NCBI RefSeq assembly: GCF_018350175.1
Contig: NC_058368.1
Location: 139,192,001-139,256,000 of the forward strand
Reading direction: 5' to 3'
Source: Felis catus
Lineage: Eukaryota
Length of the DNA: 64,000 nucleotides
In this document: in pieces, positions 12,525 through 25,362 of the stretch
Layout of the letters: each line of letters starts with the position of its first letter
Numbering within the stretch: the stretch's first letter is position 1
Notes under the pieces: generated by a model
What the model saw: only the letters and a program-made list of their open reading frames with translations
Database searches by the model: none
What the model was told of the DNA's origin: nothing
Made by a program: the position numbers and the translations under genes

Positions 12525-13750
12525 TTTATACATTTATTGACTCAACACATGTGTTTTAAAATGTCTGTTATGTCAGGCACTGCTCTAGATGGACTCTGTG
12601 ATGTGGTAGTGCAATGAATGGGACAGGCAGAGCCAATTAGAAACGTGCATATGGCCTGTAGAACAATGGCTTACTGGCTGAACTGAGAAGACAGCCAAGG
12701 CTTTTAGCAGAGTGTAGAGTGTCAAGAAATGAGGCTGGAGAAACAGGCAGGACCAGTTACTCTTTTAAAAAGTCCTGGCCAGCCATGATAAAGAGCGCGG
12801 ACTCAATCCCAAAGGCAATGGAGAGACATTTGAAGAGTTTAAATTTCAGACTGACATGACCACACTTGCATGTTAGCAAGTTTTCTTAGGCAGCAATGTG
12901 AAAAATGAGTCGAAGAGAAGACTGGAGGCAAAGAGGCACTTATGGAACTGATACAGACTGATGACAGTCTGGTCTAGAGCCCACAGGGAGGATGAAGAGA
13001 AGTAAATGAATTCTAAAGCTTAAAGGTGAGAAGTAGAGTCAACATGCCTTGGCAAAATGTGCCATGTAATAGAGAAGACAAGATCACCAGGTTTTCGGCT
13101 TGAACCATTGGGTGGATGCTGGTGCTGCTCACCAAAATAGGAATCACTGGAGAATAAGGATTTGGGAGGTAAAAATCATTATGTCCATTTTGGCTATGTT
13201 GAGGTTTTTTTGTTTTGTTTTGTTTTTGTTTGCTTGTTTGTTTTAGAAACAGAGAGCACTTGAGCAGGGGAGAGAGGCAAAGGAAGAGAGAAAAGAGAAT
13301 CATAAGCAGGCTCCGTCCTCAGCATGAAGCCTGACACGGGACTTGATTCCAGACTCTGGGATCGTGATTCAAGCCAAAATCAAGAGTCAGACACTCAACA
13401 GACTGAGCCACCCAGGCGCCCCTTGGCTATGTTTGTTATGTGCTGTGAGATATCCAAGCGGAGACATATGAAATAGATCTTTAGGAACTACAGCTCAGAG
13501 GACATATCTAGACTGAAGTTACGGATGGAAAGCCATCAGCACAGGAAGGGTTATGGAAACCATGGAATGAATGAGCTTGCTGAGGAAGAATGGGAGAAAA
13601 AAACACATGCCCAGTCAAAATCTAATAGGATTTAGACGATCTAAATCTTCATAAGAAGATCCTACATGGGAAGCAGAGCTGTGACAAGAGAGGAAAGGGA
13701 AATTGTGGTGTTATAGAAGCCAAAAGAAAAAGGAGCTGATCTTCAGTGGA
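12525..13750 (-). mobile_element. L2 remnant
   Basis: Decayed L2-type text (tgtcaggcactgctctag, gagatatccaagcggaga) with a SINE inserted. Confidence 0.65.
13205..13422 (-). mobile_element. CanSINE (older type)
   Basis: TSD ttggctatgtt. Confidence 0.9.
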
Positions 13751-14086
13751 GTTAAATACTCCCTTCAGAATTTATCCAAAGGAACTAATTAAGGATGAGC
13801 ACAAAGATTTGCTTATAGGACTATTTCAATATTGTTTGTAATAGGGAAATACTGGTGGTGGAGAAAGGGCAGGAAAGTCCACCAAGAAGTTGCGAAATAA
13901 ATGTCCGCACATCCAACGTACCAAAAATGCAATGTTGTGTCATTTTTTAATTACATTTCTGAAAATAAAATAAAATAAATTGCATTTATGAACAATATTT
14001 AATAACATCAGGAAATAATTAAGTAGAAAACACATCTGTTTAAAAAGATCCCACTTTTGCTTTTAATATTATGCTTAATCATATGG

Positions 14087-14153
14087 ATATATTCAGAGAA
14101 TATATAGGCCATAAAGACATATATTCAGAGAATATATAGGCCATAAAGACATA
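14087..14153. repeat. Exact 32-bp tandem duplication
   Basis: atattcagagaatatataggccataaagacat at 14089-14120 and 14121-14152. Confidence 0.95.
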
Positions 14154-14363
14154 AATGTTAACAGCAAAAGTTGGAAAATGGATTAGAAAGAGGCAAAACA
14201 GGGTAGTAGGATTACTGGAGAGGAGATTTATATTTTGTTTATAGTTTTTTCATTTTCCATGATGAACACATAGTCCTTTTATAATAAACAATCCATTGGG
14301 TTTTTGGTTAAGAAATTTATAGCACGTAACCCATACTGTGCAGTGATTAAGTATTATATTTAT

Positions 14364-14480
14364 AGGCAGCGCCTGCCCAGCTCAGTCAGAAGAGAATGCA
14401 ACTCTTGATCTCCAGGTTGTGAATTCCAGCACCGCGTTGGGTGTGGAGATTACTTAAATAAATAAAACTTTTCAAAAAAA
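14364..14480 (+). mobile_element. Short CanSINE
   Basis: tRNA head plus tail. Confidence 0.85.
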
Positions 14481-14737
14481 CAAGAAGTACTATATTTATG
14501 GAAACTAGATAGCAACATGGAAAAATATGAGTGCTAGAATATTAAGTTACAACAAGTTATATTACTTTCATAGAAAGAACCGGATAAGGGCCAGTTAAAG
14601 AACTATCAAAGATAAAACCACACACTGGTTAAAGCGAGTAAAGACAAATGTTATTCAGTAACCATCGTGGTCGGGGAAAAGAGCTGACTTCTAATTCTGA
14701 TTTGTGCAGAGGTGACTGAACCTTTTGAAAAGAGAAC

Positions 14738-15710
14738 TGTAAGCAGAAAGAGTTAGTGGCCCCCAGAAAAAGAAAGACCAGACATAGATTTTGTAACCCT
14801 TGACAAATCATCTTAGGCCGCCAGCTACTTTCCAAGATCTGTGCCTCACCCACTCTACGTGCCCTAGAACACTACTTGTGGAACTTCCTAGGAGGTATCA
14901 GAACTACAAAGAAATGCAAAAACCTCGCTAGTTAGGATTTTTCAACGTTTATTTATTTTTTGGGACAGAGAGAGACAGAGCATGAACGGGGGAGGGGCAG
15001 AGAGAGAGGGAGACACAGAATCAGAAACAGGCTCCAGGCTCTGAGCCATCAGCCCAGAGCCCGACGCGGGGCTCGAACTCACGGACCGCGAGATTGTGAC
15101 CTGGCTGAAGTCGGACGCTTAACCGACTGCGCCACCCAGGCGGCCCTCGCTAATTAGGATTTTGAGGGAACAAAGGGAATGCAAAAATGGGCCCTATGAG
15201 GCCAGGAAATAGCCCACCCATATCAGAGACAGTAAATCAATGGTAAAACTCGAACTGCTTTCAGAAGTAAGCAGGGCCCTCCATTCCTAACTGTAGATAA
15301 GGAGCCCAAGACCCCATCCAGTTTACACTCTCAGAGTGTGCCCATAGCCCCTTCCCTTTGTCTGACAGTTACCTTGCTTCGCTAGAACATTAAATTCTCT
15401 GCCCTAGGAGGAGCACGAGCTTCTGTTATTAACATAACAGAGGATGCATGTATAGGCACATTTTCTAAGGATGCCTGAGCAACCATCAGCCCACCTTTCC
15501 AAGCGATGACGAAGCTCCCCTTTCTGAATATTCATCCTAAACTGTAAATTAAAGGAACCCACCCATCCCTGCTCGGGGAGTCATGGCTTTCAAAGTTATT
15601 CCCCATGATCTCAGTTCCTGCAAATAAAGTTTCCTTTGGTTTACAACTCCACTTGGGGTAGTCTCCATCTGTAACTCACCAAGAAACCAACTCACCGTGG
15701 TTCAATCACA
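14738..15710 (+). mobile_element. Solo LTR (ERV1-like) interrupted by a young CanSINE
   Basis: tgtaagcag...atcaca termini, AATAAA 15623-15628; the 5' part is clearly similar to 42970-43656. Confidence 0.75.
14938..15146 (-). mobile_element. Young felid CanSINE inside LTR
   Basis: TSD ctcgcta(g/a)ttaggattt; very short tail. Confidence 0.97.
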
Positions 15711-16014
15711 GAGTGAGGGAGGAGAGCGGAGGAGCAAGGGGATGTTGATCAGAGCCGGAGAAGTGAAAAGTTACAAAAAGTGGGCAAGAATATTGGTTAG
15801 TGTCAACGTGATTCAGTCATCTGTGTCCGTGAACTGGAATTTATCCAAGCTAGGCTTCTACTTCGCACAGAGCCTGGAAGACAGAGGTCCTATTAACTGG
15901 ATTATTACATTTCAAAGAAATGGCTTTCAAGTTTTTGGAAAAGGCACTCTGGGGGTTGTAGGAGATACATGCACATCTCAAAGGGACAGAGGAAGAATTT
16001 ACAACTGGAAGTTG

Positions 16015-16062
16015 TTTGTTTTGTTTTGTTTTGTTTTGTTTTGTTTTGTTTTGTTTTGTTTA
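16015..16062. repeat. (TTTTG)n microsatellite
   Basis: Seen directly. Confidence 0.95.
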
Positions 16063-16461
16063 ATGCTCTAAGAAAGGGAGGTCAAGGGCATTTGATCAGG
16101 TGTTGGCTGGAACAAACAGTAACTCTCTTGGCAGCTGTGAGCTTTTCTAGACAGGAACTGAAGCAGGGCCAGATCATCCCAGGGCCTGGGACTGCTGGAA
16201 GCCATGCTGGAGTTCAGTCAGCTCTCCTAGTGCAGGGGTTTAGATGGAGTTGTACGTGCCCAGAGTTTCCGCAGTTCTCAGGGCCAACGTGTCCACAATG
16301 AGAAAAGAGGGACAACTCCAAAAGAGACTGAGAAGGTTCTCTTCCTGCGTAACAGGGTAAAGGTCTCTGCCCCATCAGTCTCACAATAAATGAGTCCCTA
16401 TACTTCAATCCTTGTCCACTGCCCTAGCAGAATCAATATGTGGATAAAGAGAGGTTCTGGG

Positions 16462-16708
16462 AGGGGCCCCTGGGTGGCTCAGTAGGTTGAGGGTCCAACT
16501 TCGGCTCAGGTCATGATCTCACAGTTCGTGGGTTCGAGCCCCGTGTCAGGCTCTGTGCTGACAGCTCAGAGCCTGGAGCCTGCTTTGGATTCTGTGTCTC
16601 CCTCTTTTCTGTGCCCCTACCCGGCTCGTACTCTGTCTGTCTCTCTCTCTCTCAAAAATAAACTTCAAAAAATTAAAAAAAAAAAAAAAAGAGAGAGAGA
16701 GAGAGAGT
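16462..16708 (+). mobile_element. CanSINE
   Basis: TSD agagag(g/t)ttctggga. Confidence 0.95.
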
Positions 16709-16913
16709 TTCTGGGAATGCATGCAATACTGTCATTGTTTCACTGGCTCCACACACAGCTGGGCCCTGTACAAGGCCACACACCAAAGACGGCCCAAGAA
16801 AAGGCTGAAACCCTGCTGGGGTTGTGTGTGCCAAGTCAAGCCTCCTAACTCTAGGCTTCATCAGCCAGAAGGAGGGGTGCCTTTTTCTAACTTGTCTATC
16901 CTGAAGAAGAACC

Positions 16914-17137
16914 TTTTTTGTAATTTTTTTTTCAACATTTTTATTTATTTTTGGGACAGAGAGAGGCAGAGCATGAACGGGGGAGGGGCAGAGAGAGAGG
17001 GAGACACAGAATAGGAAACAGGCTCCAGGCTCTGAGCCATCAGCCCAGAGCCCGATGCGGGGCTCGAACTCACGGACCGCGAGATCGTGACCTGGCTGAA
17101 GTCGGACGCTTAACTGACTGCGCCACCCAGGCGCCCC
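16914..17137 (-). mobile_element. Young felid CanSINE
   Basis: TSD agaacctttttt. Confidence 0.97.
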
Positions 17138-17426
17138 AGGAGAACCTTTTTTGAACGAAACAAAGTGTTTTTCGACACTGAGGTGATCCTAACTCTATTA
17201 GGTGAAGGATCATGAACACTGGCAAGCAGATCCAGGATAATTTGGGATCGCCCTTTATGGAGCTCCATAAGAAGACATAACTCATTTTAAATGAAAATCA
17301 ATTTCCAGCCCATTATTTTGGGTTTTGGTGGCACGGTCCACACTCTGAGAACATTGTTATGCAAACACCCTACTAACTAAAACGTATACAATGCTTACAC
17401 TTGTGTTTACTAAAGATAGAGGCATT

Positions 17427-17650
17427 GGGGTGCCTGGGTGGCTCAGTTGGTTAAGCATCTGACTTCGGCTGAGGTCATGATCTCACGGTTTGTGAGTTCG
17501 AGCCCCACGTCCGGCTCTGTGCTGACAGCTGGGAGCCTGAAACCTGCTTCAGATCCTGTGTCTCCCTCTTTCTCTGCCCCCTACCCACTCACTCTCTCTC
17601 TCTCTCAAAAAAAAAATAAAAACATTAAAAATAATAATAATAAAAAATAA
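17427..17650 (+). mobile_element. CanSINE
   Basis: TSD taaagatagaggcatt. Confidence 0.95.
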
Positions 17651-17927
17651 AGATAGAGGCATTATAATCTCACCCCACCCCCATTCACTTTCCTACACAC
17701 CTATTCAACACCCCCACCATGAGCTTCTTTTACTGATTTCGAAAAATATTAGAAAGTAGGAGGTGGCAACATTACTGACCAGCTTTCTTCACGTCAGGGA
17801 CTGCACAAGGGACTCGATTCACAGCTAAATTCTGTCCTACAGATAATGGTGGAACATAAAATGCTGTCCAAGTAAAGATTTGCATATGGAAGCCTTAGAT
17901 ACTGTAATTAAGAAAAGCAGAAAGCTA

Positions 17928-18160
17928 GGGGCGCCTGGGTGGCTCAGTGGGTTAAGCTTCCCACTTCGGCTCAGTTCATGATCTTAAGGTTTGTGAGTTC
18001 GAGCTCCTTGTCAGGCTCTGTACCAACAAACAGCTCAGAGCCTGGAGCCTACTTTGGATTCTGTGTCTCCCTCTCTCTCTGCCTTTTCCCCACTCATGCT
18101 GTCAATCTCTCTCTCAAAAATAAACATTTAAAAAAATTTTTTTATAAAAAGGAAAAGAAA
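17928..18160 (+). mobile_element. CanSINE
   Basis: Head, body, tail. Confidence 0.95.
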
Positions 18161-18809
18161 AACATAAAAGGAAGACTCCTTTACTCCAACTTCAAAACCC
18201 CAAAATCAAAACAAACAAAAACCTGTGAAACTCTGAATACTCCAGCTCAACCAGGATGATTAGGGAGGAAAAAAAGAATTCAGCAAATCACTTGAATTCC
18301 TTTATATTGCAAGGGAGCAAAACGGGATGGAACTTTGAACCCAAACAAAAACACATCCGACAGCAGCAAAAGGCATGTCCTGCCAAGGCTTAGAGGACAG
18401 ACAGTCAGTCTTCTGCTTCCCCCCACATCAAGGCAGAAACAATACACAATGTCTCTCAATTTTTCTGCCTGGCCTTGGTTTGAAAATGCTACAGAGGAAC
18501 TGATTAGAGACGGGGTGGGGGATGGGGTGGACCCAGGCCTTCAGTGTGGTGCAGACTCCCTCGTGTTTCCCTATTACAGTGCCTCTCCAGCTTCTCTGCT
18601 AAAAATGCATTGTCCCAAGTCTCTCCCCTACAAGATTTCAATCCAGGAGATCTAGAATGGGGCCAAAGAATCCACATTTTAAAAAAGCACCATAGCTACG
18701 ATCTTTATCAAAACTCTGTATAGATGGTGAGATTAACTAACACAATAGAGAAACTGGGATGAGACAAAGAGCGTCATACACGCATGGCAGAGTGAAGGCA
18801 TTTAAAGGA

Positions 18810-18908
18810 TTTATTTTTAGGTATTCTCTTGCACCCAAGGCGGGGCTCGAACTCAAAACCTTGAGATCAAGAGTCACATGCTCCACCAACTGAGCCAACC
18901 AGGTGTCA
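18810..18908 (-). mobile_element. Short CanSINE
   Basis: tRNA head plus tail. Confidence 0.85.
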
Positions 18909-19016
18909 CACAAAGTGAAGGGATTTAAACTTCTGATTTTTCTGTGTTATTTTAAGATCTAACCCTTACAGGAAGGTGCACAAGGTCTCTAATATTAAGG
19001 GTATAGTTCAATTATT

Positions 19017-19228
19017 ATTTTTTTTTAAGTTTACTTATTTATTTTGAGAGAGAGAAAGTACAAGTGGGGAAGGGCAGAGAGAGAGAGGGAGAAAGAGAGA
19101 ATCCCAAGCCGGCTCGGAGCCGTCGGCATAGAGCCCGAAGTGGGGCTCCAACTCACCAGCCGTGAGATCATGACCTGAGCAGAAATCGAGGGTCAGGCGC
19201 TTAACCGACTGAACCACCCAGGCGCCCC
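19017..19228 (-). mobile_element. CanSINE (older type)
   Basis: Head, body, tail. Confidence 0.93.
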
Positions 19229-20024
19229 TCAATGAATTTTTAATATGTAGACAACCAGATAACTACCACCCAAATCAATCACCACTACCAACACATCAGC
19301 ACGCTGCTTCATTCCCCCTACCAGTCAATACCACTCCCTAATGGTAACCCGTCTTCTGACATCTGACATCACAGTTTTGCTTGTTTGTGAATTTCATGCC
19401 AATAGAACTTAGTATACTTATATTTGAACTTTTTTGTGTCTGGCTTCTTTGGCTCAACCTTACGCGTGTGAAGTAGCTTTTTTTTATTTCCGTGTACTAT
19501 CCCATTGTATAAAAATGCCAAGATTTATTTTCCCCTTCTCTTGTAGATGGACACCAACCATTTCAGAATCGTTTGGCACTTCTATATGAATTTTAGGAAC
19601 AGCTTGTCCGTTCCTGCACAAAAGGCAGTTGGATTCTTGTACAGATCGCATTGAATCTACAGAATCTAATTCGCACATTGTTGTCATCTTAACAATATCA
19701 TGTCTTCCAATATATAAACACCGCATGTCTTTTCATTCCTTAGATCCTCTTTGCTATTTGTTCAAGAATGCATTGTCGTCACAGTCTGCAAGTCTTGTGC
19801 TTCCTCAGTTAAATTTATTCCCATTTTTTTCTTTCTGATGCTGCTACACATGAAATTGGTTTCTTAATTTTCAGACTGTTTATTGCTAATGTATAGAAAT
19901 TCAACTGGTTTTCATATAGTAATCTTGTATCTTGCTCCTTGAAATAATTTATCAGCTTTAATAGATTTTTGGTGGATTCGTTAGGGTTTGCTCTGTACAA
20001 AATCATGTCATCTGCAAATAGAAG

Positions 20025-20644
20025 TGTTAATTGCATTCCAACTGGTGTCGAGGATTAACTTGCTTCAGGCTAACACACTCCTTAGGTGCTGACCTAAGTC
20101 CTTGGATCCACGGCAGACAGACCACAGGACTTGGGGAGCGAAGGACTGGAAGGTTCCCAGGCTGCAGATGCCAGCAAGCCGGTCTGAAGCCACCTCACCT
20201 TTCTGATTAGCCTAGCAAATTTTTACCAAAATGCTTTGCTGTTTTAGGTCACACAAATAATTTCACTAACCTCCCTTTGTGTATCTGTAGACCTTGCCCT
20301 CCTTTGAGGAAAGAACAGAGCGCTCCTGCACATCACAAAACAGGAACTGGACCCCTTGGCACAACCCCTGAGCCCTGAGATAACGTTTGTAGCTGGCATC
20401 ACGGAGGCTGCACATGATCAGGACGTGTCGCAGGCCACTGCACTCCCTTTGCCAATTAACTACCCCAAATCCCTTTAAAACCTCCTGGGCCAGGCAGAAA
20501 CCCTGGAGCTGGTTTTTGGACAAGAGTCTGCCTTCTCCCCAGGTGGCTGGCCTCCTGAATAAAGTTCAAATTACTTTCCAATCAAAACTTGTCTCTTGAG
20601 TATTGGTCTTTTGAGTGGCAGGGCAAACTTGGGGTTCGGTAATA
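20025..20644 (+). mobile_element. Solo LTR inserted in old L1 ORF2
   Basis: tgtta...taata termini, near-TSD gaag/gacg, AATAAA ~20558; L1 sequence resumes on both sides. Confidence 0.75.
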
Positions 20645-21267
20645 GACGGCGTTTCACTTCCCCTTTTCCTGTCTTGATTCTTTTTTTGTTTGCTTGTTTT
20701 TGCGTAATTGCTTGGCCAGAACCTCCAGTACAATGTTATAAAGAAGTGATGAGAACAGACATCTTTGTCTTTGTTTCTGACCTTAGGGAAAAAGTTTTCA
20801 GTCTTTTACCAGTAAGTATGATTTTAGCAATGGGTTTTTCACAAATGATCTTTATCAGGCTGAGGAAGTTTCCTTCTTTCCTATTTTGTTGAGCGTTTTT
20901 ACCATGAAAATGTGTTGGATTTTGTCAAGTGTTGTTTCCCTATTTAGAGGATCCTGTGGTTTTCCTTTAGTCTAGTAATATGATGTATTACATTCATTGA
21001 TTTCATATGTTGAACCAACCTTGCATTCTCAGGGATAAATCCCGTTTGGTCATGGTGTATAATCCTTTTTATATGACATAGGATTCAGTTTTCCAGTATT
21101 TGCAGAGGATTTTTGCACCCATGTTCATTAAGTGACATTGGTCTATGGTTTTCTTTTCTTGTGATGTCTGTCTTTATTATCAGATTATACTGAACTTATA
21201 GAATGAGTTAGGAGATACTGTCTCTCCTGTTTTTTGGTAGACTTTGAGAAGGATTTATACTAATTCA

Positions 21268-21343
21268 TTCATTCTTCCTTTCTTTTCTTCCTTCCTTCCT
21301 CTTTTCCTCCCTCCCTCTCTCTCTCTTTCTCTCTCTTTCCTTT

Positions 21344-21390
<47 letters not shown>

Positions 21391-21535
21391 CCTTCCTTCC
21401 TTCCTTCCTTCCTTCCTTCCTTCCTTCCTTCCTTCCTTCCTTCCTTCATCATCTCTACACCCATCATGGGGCTTGAACTCACAACCCCAAGATAAAGAGT
21501 CACATGCTCCACCAACTGAGCCAGGCAAGCACCCC
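21268..21535 (-). mobile_element. Short CanSINE with long (GAAG)n(GAAA)n tail
   Basis: TSD tactaattc; ~170 bp pyrimidine-only tract on the plus strand. Confidence 0.9.
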
Positions 21536-22180
21536 TGTACTAATTCTTTAAATGTTTGGTAGAATTTAGCAGTGAAGCTATTTGTAATTGGGCTTTTTTT
21601 TTGGTGGGTAGTTTTTGTTTACTAATTCAATCTCTAGTTGTTAGTGTATACATTATCTTTTTTTTTTTTCCTGAATCAGTTTTGAGTGTTTGTGTGTTTT
21701 TAGGAATTTGTCTTTTTCATCTAGATTATCTGATTTATTGACAGGCATTTGTTCATAGTATGCCCTTATACTCTTATGATTTCTGTAAGGTCAATAGTAA
21801 TGACCCCTTTTTACCCCGATTTTGGTAACTTTAGTCTTTTCTTTTTGTCTTGGTCAGTCTATTTAAAAGCTTTTCAATTTTGTTGATCTTTTCAAAGAAA
21901 CAATTTGGGGTTTTGTTTAACTACTCTATTGTTTTTCTCTTCTCTGCTTCATTTGTTTTCACTCTAATATTTATTATTTACTTCATTAGTCCATGCTTTG
22001 GATTTAGTGCACTCTTCTTTTTCTAATCTCTTTAAGTGGGGGGTTAGGTAATGGATTTGAGATCATTCTTCTTTGTTAATATAGCTGTTTACAGGTATAG
22101 ATTTCCCTCTCGGCACTATTTTTGGTGTTTCCCATAAGTTTTGCTATGTTGTATTTTTGTTTGCATTCACTTCAAAGCAC

Positions 22181-22405
22181 TTTTTTTTTTAAATTTTTTT
22201 TTCAACGTTTATTTATTTTTGGGACAGAGAGAGACAGAGCATGAACGGGGGAGGGGCAGAGAGAGAGGGAGACACAGAATCGGAAACAGGCTCCAGGCTC
22301 TGAGCCATCAGCCCAGAGCCCGACGCGGGGCTGGAACTCACGGACCGCGAGATCGTGACCTGGCTGAAGTCGGACGCTTAACCGACTGCGCCACCCAGGC
22401 GCCCC
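22181..22405 (-). mobile_element. Young felid CanSINE
   Basis: TSD tcaaagcacttttt. Confidence 0.97.
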
Positions 22406-22662
22406 TCAAAGCACTTTTTAAATTCTGTTGGGATTTCTTCTTGGACTCATTGGTTATTTAGGAGCATGTTGCTTAATTTTCACATACATGTAAAATTTCC
22501 AAATCTTTTTCTTACTAATTTCTAATTTCATTCCACTGTTATCAGCAAACACATACCTTGTATGACTTCAGTCTTTTAAACTTTGTTGCGATTTGTTTTA
22601 TGTCTCCAATTAAATTCCATCCTCAAGAATGTTTCATGTGTACTTAAGAAAATGTATGTTCT

Positions 22663-22885
22663 GGGAGCGCCTGGGTGGCTCAGTCTGTTAAGCTTCTGAC
22701 TTCAGCTCAGGTCACGATCTCGCGGTCTGTGAGTTCGAGCCCCGTGTCGGGCTCTGGGCTGACGGCTCAGAGCCTGGAGCCTGCTTCCGATTCTGTGTCT
22801 TCCTCTCTCTCTGCCCCTCCCCTGTTCATGCTCTATCTCTCTCTGTCTCAAAAAATAAATAAACATTAAAATAAAGAAAAGAAAA
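22663..22885 (+). mobile_element. CanSINE
   Basis: TSD aagaaaatgtatgttctg. Confidence 0.97.
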
Positions 22886-23521
22886 GAAAATGTATGTTCT
22901 GCTGTTGTGCAGCCGACTGTTCTATATACGTCCATGAGGTCTAGTTGGTAAATAGTGTTGTTAAAGTAGTCTATTTCCTTGCTGCCTTTCTTTCTAGTTG
23001 CTCTATCCATTATATCAAGTTGAGCATTCAAGTACAACTATTATCACTGAATTATCTATTTCTCCATTCAATTCTGTTAAGTTTTGCTTCGTGTCTTTTG
23101 GGGCTCAGTTTTAGGTAAGTATATCTCTATAAACTATATAATTATTACATCTTCCTGACCCTTTTATTATTACAGAATGTCCCTGTTTATCTCTACAAAC
23201 TTTTATATTAAAGTCTGCTTTGATAGGAGTTTAGCCCCTCCAGTTCTCTTTTTCTGTTTGTATGGTAGGTCTTTTTCCATCCTTTTACTTTCAACCTATT
23301 TATGAACAATATTTTTTTATATGCTTATTGGTCTTTTGAATACCCTCTTTTGTGACTGTTCAGATCTTGGTCTATTTTTAATTTTAAGTTTTTGTCTTTT
23401 TCTTATTGATTTGTAGGAGTTCTTTATATGCTCTGGATACAAGTCCTTTGTAGACTATATTTCCCAGTCGGTAGATTCCCTTTTCACCCTTTCAATAGTG
23501 CTAACGAGGAGTTGATGGAGG

Positions 23522-23756
23522 TTTTTTTTGTTTTTTGTTTTTAAATTTTTTTTAATGTTTATTTATTTTTGAGACAGAGAGAGACAGAGCATGAACGGGG
23601 GTTGGGTCAGAGAGACAGGGAGACACAGAATCTGAAACAGGCTCCAGGCTCTGAGCGGTCAGCCCAGAGCCCAACGCGGGGCTCGAACTCACGGACCACG
23701 AGATCACGACCTGAGCCGAAGTCAGACACCTAACCGACTGAGCCACCCAGGCGCCC
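23522..23756 (-). mobile_element. CanSINE
   Basis: Full length. Confidence 0.95.
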
Positions 23757-24323
23757 TGGAGTTTTTTAAATCAGTTTTCTTTCATTTCTTTTTCTTTTCT
23801 GTCCTATTTAAGCTTTGCTGACTTGAAGAGTTCTTTTGGTGTATCTGTTTTGTTTTGTTTTTACACAGCATTATTATGGCAATAGCTGGCTAATACATTT
23901 GATCCTACCAACTTGTTCTCCAAAGTAGTTGTACTAACTTACACTCAAATCAGCAATATTTTGGTATTCCATTGTTTCACAACTCCCCTTGTCAGACTTT
24001 TAAAGTTTAAGGCTGACTGATGTAAAATTCATTTTCACTCTCGTTTGAACATGCATTTTCCTAATTACAATGAGATTGAGAATATTTTCATATATTTATT
24101 GGCCACTTGAATGTACACTACTGTTTATTAACTGTTCATTTCTTATATGCTCATCTTTACGTTTGAAAGATCCCAGGACAAATTTAAAAAACAAAAGCAA
24201 GGAGCGGAACAACATAGGGAGAGACACATTCACCTATGTATCTATGTGGGCTTGCATATATGCAATACACATGTACCTATGTGTTTTAATATGCCTAGGA
24301 CGTTTTTGAAAAAATATGAAACA

Positions 24324-24550
24324 GGGGTGCCTGGGTGGCTCAGTCTGTTAAGCATCTGACTTCGGCTCCGGTCACGATCTCACAGTCCGTGAGTTTGAGC
24401 CCCGCCTCGGGCTCTGTGCTGACAGCTCAGAGCCTGGAGCTTGCTTCGGATTCTGTGTCTCCCTCTCTCTCTGCCCCTCCCCTGCTCATGCTCTGTCTCT
24501 CTCTGTCTCAAAACAAATAAAAACCTTTAAAAAAATTTTTTTTAAAAAAT
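24324..24550 (+). mobile_element. CanSINE
   Basis: Full length. Confidence 0.95.
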
Positions 24551-24942
24551 TTGAAACAATAAAGTTGGAAGAATTATTTAAAAGGCATTTATAGTGAACT
24601 ATAAGTACAAAAAGAGAAAATTCATTATAATATGTTGAATTATCAGGGAGTTTGAAAAAAGTGGGGAAAAGTGAAGAATAAAGCTACTGAGCTATGTGTG
24701 TGGTGTGGGGGCAGTGAAAGGAAGTTAAAATATTTCTAGAATTTTGGTGGAAATAAGGAAGACACAGGGAGTCAGCCAGATGGCAGAGAATGATCTCAAG
24801 TGAATCTATGTGAAGTCTTTGATCTCTCTCCGGTAGAGAAATGTCACAAGAAATGACCCTGGGGCATTAGTCAATCAACTAAAGCATTAAAACTCCAACC
24901 TGGCTACAAGCGAACATCACCTGCTGTTTAAAATAAGGGCCA

Positions 24943-25154
24943 GGGGCGCCTGGGTGGCTCAGTCGATTGAGCGTCCAACTTCAACTCAGGTCACGATCTC
25001 GCGGTCCGTGAGTTTGAGCCCCGCGTCGGGCTCTGGGCTGATGGCTCAGGGCCTGGAGCCTGTTTCCGATTCTGTGTCTCCCTCTCTCTCTGCCTCTCCC
25101 CCGTTCATGCTCTGTCTCTCTCTGTCTCAAACATAAATAAATAAAATAAAATAC
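24943..25154 (+). mobile_element. CanSINE
   Basis: TSD aataagggcca. Confidence 0.97.
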
Positions 25155-25170
25155 AATAAGGGCCACCTCA

Positions 25171-25362
25171 CGTCCGACTTCAGCTCAGGTCAAGATCTTG
25201 CTGTCCGTGAGTTCGAGCCCCACGTCAGGCTCTGGGCTGATGGCTCAGAGCCTGGAGCCTGTTTTGGATTCTGTGTCTCCCTCTCTCTCTCTGCCCCTCC
25301 CCTGTTCATGCTCTGTCTCTCTCTGTCTCAAAAATAAATAAACGTTAAAAAAATTTTTTTTA
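25171..25362 (+). mobile_element. 5'-truncated CanSINE
   Basis: TSD aataagggccacctca; lacks the first ~30 nt including the A box. Confidence 0.95.

Larger units (their letters stand above)
14570..16270 (-). mobile_element. Older LTR-like element hosting the 14738-15710 LTR
   Basis: Flanks 14570-14737 and 15711-16270 read as one continuous LTR-like sequence; family not determined. Confidence 0.4.
19235..24130 (-). mobile_element. Old fragmented L1 sequence with nested LTR and SINEs
   Basis: RT motif LFADDMILY in ORF 19815-20036; endonuclease-like NNTIYQLDLMDVYRT in ORF 22702-23037; T-rich plus strand. Confidence 0.9.
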
